A DNA stretch of 11,686 nt from contig NW_021826923.1 in the NCBI RefSeq assembly GCF_006345805.1, positions 1-11,686 on the forward strand, given 5' to 3'. The notes under the pieces are model-generated. The model was not told the origin of the DNA. It ran no database searches and was given only the letters and a program-made list of their open reading frames with translations. The position numbers were made by a program, and so were the translations under genes. Below are positions 1 to 7,815 of the stretch, piece by piece. Position 1 is the first letter of the stretch. The number at the start of each line of letters is the position of its first letter. The stretch comes from Octopus sinensis (Eukaryota).

Positions 1-165
1 ACATCACATATATATACATACAAATATATACATACATACATACACATACATACATACATACATATATACAAATATATACATATATATATATATATATTAA
101 TATATATATATATATATATTATAGTAGAAAATTATGAAAGGACACACGAATTGATCTATATATGA

Positions 166-214
<49 letters not shown>
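1..214. repeat. (ACAT)n/(TA)n microsatellite, probably the expanded internal microsatellite of the adjacent family-A SINE
   Basis: Visible ACAT and TA arrays. They abut the SINE at 'gacggg', the same point where the full-length copy (8576-8973) has its CA/TA tract. Confidence 0.9.
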
Positions 215-215
<1 letters not shown>

Positions 216-372
216 ACGGGTTTCTTTCAGTTGGACATCTACCAAATCTACTCAAAGGCTTTGGTCGGCCCCGAGCTATAGTAGAAAGACCTTGCCCAAG
301 TGCCACGCAGTGATACTGAACCCGGAACCATGTGGCTGGTTTTACAGCGCTACTTACCACTCAGCCACTCCT
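215..372 (-). mobile_element. tRNA-derived SINE family A, 5' half
   Basis: Aligns by eye with 8812-8968 (gacggg..ttcagtt..ctaccaaatc..ggtcggccc..gctatagtagaa..ttgcccaag..tgccac..actgaacc..ggaaccatgtggctggt..ctacttaccac..gccactcct). The minus strand has A-box-like TGGCTGAGTGGT and B-box-like GGTTCAGTATC. Confidence 0.9.
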
Positions 373-585
373 TTCTATCTATCTACTTATCTATCTATCT
401 ACCTTATTTATCTATCTATCTATCTACTTATCTATCTATCTATCTATCTACTTATCTATCTATCTATCTACTTATCTATCTATCTACTTATCTATACCTA
501 CCTACCTACTTGTCTGTCCTATCAATCTCAGTCTCTCTCTATCTCTCTCTCTCTCTCTACACACACACACATATATGTATATAAA
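373..585. repeat. Compound microsatellite (ATCT)n-(CT)n-(CA)n
   Basis: Directly visible; TATC units are interrupted periodically by ACTT. Confidence 0.95.
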
Positions 586-1080
586 TATCCGTATCCTCAC
601 GGAAATTACAGCGTGTTTTCATTCACATTCACGCTGCATAGAAAGAGGCTGAAAAGACAAATGGAAACCATAAGTGTTGGTATAAAAATAAATCGAAAGT
701 GAAAACACTGCGTATTGGTTTTTAAGAAGTTCACACACACACACGCAATACACAAGCAAAAACACATAAATACATATACACGCGTGAGGTCTTGCGTATA
801 CATATGCAAAACAGATTCAGAATTACTTTGTAACATAAGGTAATAGCTTAATGACGTCTCGCTTTAAGTTCACAATTCGTTGTGACGCCGGTAGGAAAAC
901 TGAGGCAAAGTGAAAATGTGCTTTGAAAGGGAACCAGTGCTTTCACTTCAATTTCGTTTAAGTGTTCGTTTTTTAAATGTAACACGATTAGATGGGAAAG
1001 AGTAAACTCAATCAGTTTCGAAACATTTTACCTGTCACTCGCTTGAGAAGATATATTGCCAAACTATAAACAAGAAAATA

Positions 1081-2402
1081 TCTCTGTCTCTCTTTCTTTC
1101 TCCCCCCTCTCTCTCTCTCTCTATATAATATATATGTATGTACACATATATATACAAACATACACATATATATAACTCATGTATTCATATATGTGTTTAT
1201 ATATATACATACATACATATCATATATGCATACTATAACATACATATATCTACATACATATACATACATATATATATATACAACAATACATACATATATA
1301 TTACATATTATACATACATACATACATACATAATATACATACATACATATCATATATTACATACATACAATATATACATATTAATAATATCATACTATAT
1401 ATTATAAATATATATACATATATATACATATATACATACATATATAGATAATATATATATACATATATATACATAGATATAACTAATATATCCATACTAT
1501 ATACATATAATATAGCATATATATACATATATAACATACATATATATGCATATATATATAGATATACATATATATACATATATATACATATACTTATATA
1601 CATATGCACATATAAATATATACTATATGCATATATATATACATATATATATACATATTAATACATACATAGATACATATATATATAATACATATATACA
1701 TATATATATACATACATACGCATATATATATATATATACATACATACGCATATATATACATACATACATACACATATACATACGCATATATATACATACA
1801 TACATACACATATACATACGCATATATATACATACATACATACACATATACATACGCATATATATATATACATACATACATACATACATACATACATACG
1901 CATATATATACATACATACATACACATATACATACGCATATATATACATACATACATACATACGCATATATATACATACATACATACATACGCATATATA
2001 TACATACATACGTACATACATACATACATACATATGCATATATATACATACATATGCATATATATACATACATATATATGCATATATATACATACATACA
2101 TATGCATATATATACATACATACATATATATGCATATATATACATACATATATATGCATATATATACATACATATATATGCATATATATACATACATATA
2201 TATGCATATATATACATACATACATACATATATATGCATATATATTACATACATACATATATATATATGCATATATATACATACATACATATAATATATA
2301 CATATATATACATACATATATATATAAATGTATACATACGTTTATATGTACATACATTTAGATACATAACTATACACAAACAGACACGGGCACACACACA
2401 TA
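1081..2402. repeat. (CT)n followed by a ~1.3-kb (TA)/(ACAT) low-complexity satellite with higher-order units
   Basis: Directly visible. 36-bp period (TACG at 1745, 1781, 1817, 1853) and 24-bp period (TATGC at 2129, 2153, 2177, 2201). Confidence 0.95.
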
Positions 2403-2923
2403 TTTAGGTAGGTTGGATAGAATCGCAGCCGTTTCATCTTGAAGCGCATTATTTACAATCCGGCGAATAGTTGTTGTTCTTGCTGTATTGATGTGAGGTG
2501 CTTATTAGAGTTGAAAATTCTGGAAACATTGTTTGCAGAATTATTATACAACAAAACAGGAATTTGGAAAAGTTTTGGGCACTATTTATTCACCATTACA
2601 CATGTTTCAATTACTAATAGGAATTACGTTGTTTTACATCCCTTACATGTCTATTTAACATGTAAAACACAATAATTCCTATTAGCAATTGAAACATGTG
2701 TAACGGTGAACAACACCCCAAAGTTTTCCAAATTTCTGTTCTGTTATAAGATCGAAAAAGGCAGGTACGGCTATGTAAGTGCTACCGCAGGACAGCTGTA
2801 AGGCTCCCGGTTCGATAATAGTATGAGTGAGGAGTCTAACACGGGTCGCGTGTGAGCGTGTATATGTTAAATAAAATGTGACAACAAAGCCAAGGCAGTG
2901 TGAAATTTCTAGGACATCTTATA

Positions 2924-3157
2924 TATTTCTTTATTGCCCACAAGGGGCTAAACATAGAGGGGACAAAGAAGGACAGACAAAAGGATTAAGTCGATTACAT
3001 CGACCCCAGTGCGTAACTGGTACTTTATTTATCGACCCCGAAAGGATGAAAGGCAAAGTCGACCTCGGCGGAATTTGAACTCAGAACGTAACGACAGACG
3101 AAATACCGCTACGCATTTCGCCCGGCGTGCTAACGTTTCTGCTAGCTCGCCGCCCTA
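2924..3157 (-). mobile_element. tRNA-derived SINE family B (MetaSINE/MESC-like central domain), full length with 17-bp TSD
   Basis: Minus strand: GGCGGCGAGCTAGCAGAAACGTTAG head, B box GAGTTCAAATTCC, body GACTTTGCCTTTCATCCTTTCGGGGTCGATAAA..GTACCAG. Perfect direct repeat TTCTAGGACATCTTATA at 2907-2923 and 3158-3174. Confidence 0.93.
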
Positions 3158-3186
3158 TTCTAGGACATCTTATAAAGAGAAAGGTA

Positions 3187-3233
3187 ATCTTACAGCTGTT
3201 TCAGAGACATAAAAATATTCCATCATCAGAGAC
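3187..3233 (-). ncRNA. Minimal type I hammerhead ribozyme motif (GUA cleavage triplet)
   Basis: Minus strand reads GTCT-CTGATGA-T-GGAATAT-TTTT-ATGTCTC-T-GAAAC-AGCT-GTA-AGAT: stem I GUCU/AGAU, CUGAUGA core, imperfect stem II, GAAA, palindromic CAGCUG stem III. Confidence 0.72.
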
Positions 3234-3426
3234 GATATGAGAGAGTTAGATCGAAGGAAATAGTAGAGTTCAGTACAAGATGTTATTTTGGGAAGGGAGA
3301 GATCTCCCCCAATCGTTTAGACCTATACCATTTTTCTTCCTCCTAACATACTTATCTATTCTATTCTCAAAATTTCATTTACACTACAAGGTTCTTTTGA
3401 ATGAATACCACATGAAATTAATACCT

Positions 3427-3648
3427 ATTTCTTTTTACTACCCACAAGGGGGCTAAACACAGAGAGGACAAACAAGGACAGACAAACGGATTAAGTCGAT
3501 TATATCGACCCCAGTGCGTAACTGGTACTTATTTAATCGACCCCGAAAGGATGAAAGGCGAAGTCGACCTCGGCGGATTTTGAACTCACAACGTAACGCA
3601 GACGAAATACCGCCAAGCATTTCGCCTGACGTGCTAACGTTTCCGCCA
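3427..3648 (-). mobile_element. SINE family B, slightly 5'-truncated, same tail as 2924-3157
   Basis: Colinear with 2924-3145 (cccacaagggg..ggacagacaaa..ggattaagtcgatta..cgaccccagtgcgtaactggtac..cgaccccgaaaggatgaaaggc..gtcgacctcggcgga). An 18-bp near-perfect direct repeat lies at 3409-3426 and 3710-3727. Confidence 0.92.
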
Positions 3649-3777
3649 CCTTTCTACCTTCCTTTTTTTCTTCTGTTGAAGAACAAACCATTTGTTGCTG
3701 CAATGTGTACACATGGAATTAATACCTGCTCACTATCCATTTGTAATAACAATATTGACTCCTACCAGAACTTACAT

Positions 3778-4161
3778 GGAAGGAAGCACTCCGTCGGTTA
3801 CGACGACGAGGGTTCCGGTTGATCCGATCAACGGAACAGCCTGCTCGTGAAATGAACGTGTAAGTGGCTGAGCACTCTACAGACACGTGTACCCTTAACG
3901 TAGTTCTCGGGGATATTCAGCGTGACACAGAGAGTGACAAGGCCGGCCCTTTGAAATACAGGTACAACAGAAACAGGAAGTAAGAGTGAGAGAAAGTTGT
4001 GGTGAAAGAGTACAGCAGGGATCACCACCATCCCTGCCGGAGCCTCGTGGAGCTTTAGGTGTTTTCGCTCAATAAACACTCACAACGCCCGGTCTGGGAA
4101 TCGAAACCGCGATCCTACGACCGCGAGTCCGCTGCCCTAACCACTGGGCCATTGCGCCTCC
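3778..4161 (-). mobile_element. tRNA-derived SINE family C, full length with 11-13-bp TSD
   Basis: Minus-strand head GGAGGCGCAATGGCCCAGTGGTTAGGGCAGCGGACTCGCGGTCGTAGGATCGCGGTTTCGATTCCCAG has A and B boxes. (CC)AGAACTTACAT is repeated at 3765-3777 and 4160-4172. Its 5' part is homologous to 10421-10582. Confidence 0.93.
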
Positions 4162-4295
4162 AGAACTTACATACCATGTACAAGAAGCCTTTTTACCCAT
4201 TCTACACAACACATTCCTTGAATAATGGAACAGCAAATTTAACATCCAACATATATGTATATATTTATTCTTACATTTCTCTTTATCCTTCCTAT

Positions 4296-4471
4296 ATCTC
4301 TCCCTTTCCAAAATAACTTCTATTGAATTCTACCATTTCCTTCTATTTAACTCTCTTATATCGTCTCTGATGATGGGATATCTGTTATATCCCCGAAACA
4401 GCTGTTAAGACTACTTCTCTCTAATGTCCCAGAAATTCCATACTATCTTGGCCTTGTTGACTCATTTTATT

Positions 4472-4476
<5 letters not shown>
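4296..4476 (+). repeat. Right arm of inverted repeat (pseudo-LTR copy)
   Basis: Reverse complement matches 2865-2918 plus 3175-3303; it ends in a (CA)n tract. Confidence 0.9.
4363..4411 (+). ncRNA. Minimal type I hammerhead ribozyme motif, with one extra base at the cleavage site
   Basis: GTCT(4363-66)-CTGATGA(4367-73)-T-GGGATAT(4375-81)-CTGTT-ATATCCC(4387-93)-C-GAAA(4395-98)-CAGCTG-TTA-AGAC(4408-11). Perfect 7-bp stem II and 4-bp stem I; GTTA instead of GTA. Confidence 0.72.

Positions 4477-4512
<36 letters not shown>
4474..4512. repeat. (CA)n microsatellite
   Basis: Pure AC run. Confidence 0.97.
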
Positions 4513-4513
<1 letters not shown>

Positions 4514-4586
4514 CCTTAACAAAAATAGTGCTAAGAGTAACCTGAAGTTTCTTAAACTATCATCGGATAGTCCGATGAACTAACTT

Positions 4587-4690
4587 GTATGAATGAATGT
4601 ATATATGAATGTATGTATGTATGTATGTATGTATGTATGTGTGTGGGTGTGTGTGTATGTATGTATGTATGTATGTGTGCGTGTATGTTA
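4587..4690. repeat. (ATGT)n/(GT)n microsatellite
   Basis: Directly visible. Confidence 0.93.
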
Positions 4691-4804
4691 GTATACACAC
4701 AAACATAATTACCCCCACACAAATATGGACTACAACAGGATTTGCATTACACTCTGAACGAATACCAGCGGGTAGAGTGATCGGGCGCCTAACGCTTCCG
4801 CTTC

Positions 4805-4987
4805 TGTGCATGTATATGTATGTGTTCGTATGTATGTGTGCCTGTATATGGGTGTGCGTGCGCGTGCCTGTGTCTATGTATGTTTGTGTGTTCCTATGTA
4901 TATATGTGTGTCTGTGTGCATAGGTGTATGTGTATATATATATATAATATATATGTATATATATGTGTATATATATATGTGTGTGTG

Positions 4988-5056
<69 letters not shown>

Positions 5057-5255
5057 GTGTATATATATATTATATATATATATATATATATGCGTGTGTA
5101 TATATATATATATATTATATATATATATGCGTGTGTATATATATATATGCGTGTGTATATATATATATATATATGCGTGTGTATATATATATATATATGC
5201 GTGTGTTATATATATATATGTGCGTGTGTATATATATATATATGTGTGCGTGTAT

Positions 5256-5307
<52 letters not shown>

Positions 5308-5322
5308 GTATGTACGTATGCG
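4805..5322. repeat. (GT)/(TA) compound microsatellite with recurring ATGCGTGTGT(AT)n units
   Basis: Directly visible. Confidence 0.93.
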
Positions 5323-5619
5323 TGGGATGCTTGTTGCTTTGTGTGGGTGTTTTCGTCCTATTCTCTGCTTTTGATTTAATTAATCCATAAACAATTGTTT
5401 CTCCATAAAAAAAAAACACATTCAAATCTCTTTTACAGAAACATAACGCCATGTATAAATTTAATCACAACTTATCAATATAATTGACATGACATGTGAA
5501 TGTTGGTTGGCCACAAATCAAACACTGCTTCAAACCATCGCTTTTAATAATGAAATTTGCATGACTATTCCTATGAGATATGTCCCAGCTTTTTTCTTCT
5601 TCTTTGCCTCCCCTCCTGT

Positions 5620-5658
5620 CCCTCCACCACCATCATCATTATCATTATTATTATTATT
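5620..5658. repeat. (CAC/CAT/TAT)n trinucleotide tract
   Basis: ccaccaccatcatcattatcattattattattatt. Confidence 0.85.
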
Positions 5659-5660
5659 CA

Positions 5661-5823
5661 GGTGGCGAGCTGGCAGAATCGTTAACACACTAGGCGAAAT
5701 GCTTAGTATTTTGTCTGCCGTTACGTTCCGAGTTCAAATTCCGCCGAGGTCACTTTGCCTTTCATCCTTTCGGGGTCGATAAATTAAGTACCAGTTACGC
5801 ACTGGGGTCGATGTAATCGACTT
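5661..5823 (+). mobile_element. SINE family B, 3'-truncated (tail missing)
   Basis: GGTGGCGAGCTGGCAGAATCGTTA..GAGTTCAAATTCCGCCGAGGTC..CTTTGCCTTTCATCCTTTCGGGGTCGATAAATTAAGTACCAGTTACGCACTGGGGTCGATGTAATCGACTT; reverse complement of the 2924 and 3427 copies. Confidence 0.92.
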
Positions 5824-6890
5824 TTGCTTTGCATTTGTACAAGTTAACTCCAAGTCTTACCCAGAAACCTCAGGAGACAACAAGTTAGAAGTTTATGTTG
5901 GTCTTATGCCTATGGTGCCATATATTTGGTTTTGTACATAGTATTATTCTAGAGAATGTTTAAGAAAAATAAGATAATTATGAGTTGAGATTGCATAGTT
6001 AGTATTTTACGTAGGATATGGGCAGTTCCCATGAGCACTATCTTTTGAATTTCTGCCATTTTGGGGTTTCCTGGTATCTGAGCTAGGTAGCAATCAACCT
6101 CTTTTGTTATCATTCCATATTTTGCTAATTTCTTTATACTTGCTCAGTTTTTGGTAGGTCGTGACAGATACGTTTATATCGATTGGGACAGTCATGATTT
6201 TTGTCTGAAATCTTTCAATTTAATGTCTGGCCTATTTGCATCTGTCTTTCTGTCAGTTTGAACGGTGAAGTTCCATAGGAGTGAGATGTGATCATTTTCA
6301 AGCACTGGAAGTGGTTTGTGTTCCCACCAGTTTTTATCACGTGGCTGGTCCAGATTTTGTAAATTACTTAGTGAATATATTGTGCTGCTCTATCATGCCT
6401 ACTGAGATACTCTGTTGGCGGGAGGCTACCGTTCTTTAATATGTTGGCCTGGTAGTTTCTTGTAGGTAAGCATTGATCTTGTGCTGCTATGATAAACCCT
6501 TGTGTTTTTGATTTTAAGCCAGAAGCTTGATGGGTAAGAGCTTTATCAACATCGGCATTATCCGCTCTCTTTGTGTATTTGCCATTGTGAGGTTTTTCTT
6601 GTCATTTATCAGTAAGAATATCTAAGGCAGCAGTTTTAGCACGGATTTTCATACGCTTAGCTTTTTTGTGCTTGATTCTAGTACGTCTAATTCTGGAATT
6701 TGTTGTATTTGGAATTCACTTATATATTTCTTTGCCTGTTTTATTGCTGCGTATGATACTTTCTTGTTTTCATGTTTTGAGATAAGTTTTAACATCCAGT
6801 CCTCAGAGTTTTCCAGGTAGGTGTCTAGGCCAATTGTGGAAATCTTCATTGTTAATTCCAGTTGTAAAAGTCCACGGCCTCCCTCTTTAC
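5824..6890 (-). mobile_element. Decayed 3' fragment of an R4/Dong-like non-LTR retrotransposon (post-RT region, restriction-like endonuclease, 3' UTR), family 1
   Basis: Manual minus-strand translation across stops and frameshifts: KEGGRGLLQLELTMKISTIGL..; SGLKSKTQGFIIAAQDQCLPTRNYQANILKNG; PTEYLSRHDRAAQYIH; KNWWEHKPLPVLENDHISLLWNFTVQTDRKTDANRPDI; MTVPIDINVSV..QKLSKY; EIQKIVLMGTAHILRKIL. These are the RHD, PD and KxxKY motifs of RLE endonucleases. Confidence 0.85.
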
Positions 6891-7221
6891 TTTACCGCAC
6901 AACAGCCAGTGGACATATCTGGCCACATTGTCGTGTCTCCTTTTATATTCGCGTTGTGCGAGCTCACTGACAATATGGCTTATACTTTCTCCCTTTTCAG
7001 AGCCCATCCTACACTGTGGCGAGTCATTGCTTTTATTAATGTGATATTTGGGGTAGTTTGTACTGAGAGCTTGTTCTTAAGCGCTGCACACTAACGCCTC
7101 AGCGGGCCCTTTTAAGCCTCCTTTTTGCAGCCATTGCCAGGTCCTATTCCAATCAATCCCATCTTTGTTCTTCAAGAACTGATTGTGCATTTTCTAGCCC
7201 TGCCAGATTTTCTTCCTCTCC
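6891..7221 (-). mobile_element. Internal fragment of a second, divergent R4/Dong-like retrotransposon (zinc-knuckle/RHD region), family 2
   Basis: Minus strand: ERKKIWQG*KMHNQFLKNKDGIDWNRTWQWLQKGGLKG/AEALVCSA*EQALSTNYPKYHINKSNDSPQCRMGSEKGESISHIVSELAQREYKRRHDNVARYVHWLLCGK. Confidence 0.8.
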
Positions 7222-7235
7222 TCTCTCTGGTCAAA

Positions 7236-7418
7236 GACGGGGAACTGGTTGAATCGTTACTGCGCCGGACAAAGTGCTTAGCAGCAATTCGTCCGTCTTT
7301 AGCTTCTGAGTTCAAATTTCGTCAAGGTCGACTTTGCCTTTCATCCTTTTGGACTCAATGTAATCGTCTCACCCACTCCCACCAAATTTTGGGACTTGTG
7401 CCTATAGTAGAAAGGATT
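7236..7418 (+). mobile_element. SINE family B, diverged, with internal deletion and a different 3' tail
   Basis: GAATCGTTA..CGCCGGAC..GAGTTCAAATTTCGTCAAGGTCGACTTTGCCTTTCATCCTTT, then a jump to ATGTAATCG; tail ..GACTTGTGCCTATAGTAGAAAGGATT. Confidence 0.85.
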
Positions 7419-7430
7419 GTTGTTATTAGC

Positions 7431-7599
7431 ACGGCGAGCTAGCAGAATCGTTACCGCGCCGGACTCCAAATACCACCGGGGTCACTTTGTTTTTATTTTT
7501 TCAGGGTCGATAAAATAAGTACCAGTCGGGTACTGGGGTCGATGTAATCGACTATCCCTCTCGCCCGAAATTGCTGGCCTTGTACCAAAATTTGAAACC
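7431..7599 (+). mobile_element. SINE family B, diverged, with a deletion in the tRNA head and a third tail type
   Basis: GGCGAGCTAGCAGAATCGTTACCGCGCCGGAC joins a degenerate B box; GGGTCGATAAAATAAGTACCAGT..CTGGGGTCGATGTAATCGACT; tail ..GAAATTGCTGGCCTTGTACCAAAATTTGAAACC. Confidence 0.85.
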
Positions 7600-7815
7600 T
7601 CTACCACTAATAGCATCATCATCAATATCACAACCACCACTACCACCAACAGCGTTATCATCTGCATCCTCTTCTTCATCATCGTCATCACCACCATTAA
7701 TACCATCATTCTCCTCCTCCTCCTATTCTTCCTCCTCACCACCGCCGCCACCACCACCACCACCAACACCCACTCGTGGCCGCCATCGTCGCCGTCATAT
7801 CATTATTACTATTTA
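7600..7815. repeat. Mixed trinucleotide low-complexity tract (CAT/CAC/CTC/CCG)
   Basis: Directly visible. Confidence 0.9.

Larger units (their letters stand above)
2865..3303 (-). repeat. Left arm of inverted repeat (pseudo-LTR copy), split by the SINE at 2924-3157
   Basis: tgttaaataaaatg..caacaaagccaagg..aatttctaggacat / acagctgtttc..ccatcatcagagacgatat..gaaggaaat..gttattttgggaagggagagat matches the reverse complement of 4296-4476, roughly 80% by eye. Confidence 0.9.
2865..4476 (+). mobile_element. Putative 5'-truncated Penelope-like retroelement remnant with inverted pseudo-LTR, interrupted by three SINEs
   Basis: Inverted arms 2865-3303 (minus the SINE) and 4296-4476, each with a minimal hammerhead motif. 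The spacer has weak, frameshifted GIY-YIG C-terminal-like peptide traces (YQNLH..VQEAF..ILHN..SLNNG) just upstream of the + arm. Confidence 0.6.

Noticed and set aside
97-2407. Long Y/I/H/T/M/C/V-rich ORFs (for example 271 aa at 1546-2361)
   Set aside because: Translations of TA/ACAT microsatellites that lack stop codons; the same applies to ORFs at 4560-5452 and 11268-11631.
2439-2675. 78-aa ORF in unique sequence
   Set aside because: TTG start, no recognisable domain and no convincing splice signals.
2790-2808. GGACAGCTGTAAGGCT, similar to the hammerhead 3' half
   Set aside because: No GAAA and no upstream CUGANGA or stem II; could be chance or an unrecognisable relic.
4085-4161. tRNA gene-like sequence on the minus strand (also 8905-8973)
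   Set aside because: tRNA-derived SINE heads: they continue into SINE bodies, are bounded by duplications, and lack a proper acceptor stem and terminator.
2878-4316. ORFs such as MRNWYFIYRPRKDER.. and MFIERKHLKLHEAPAG.., each present in two similar versions in the window
   Set aside because: They are readings of SINE copies; the similarity reflects the repeat, not paralogous genes.
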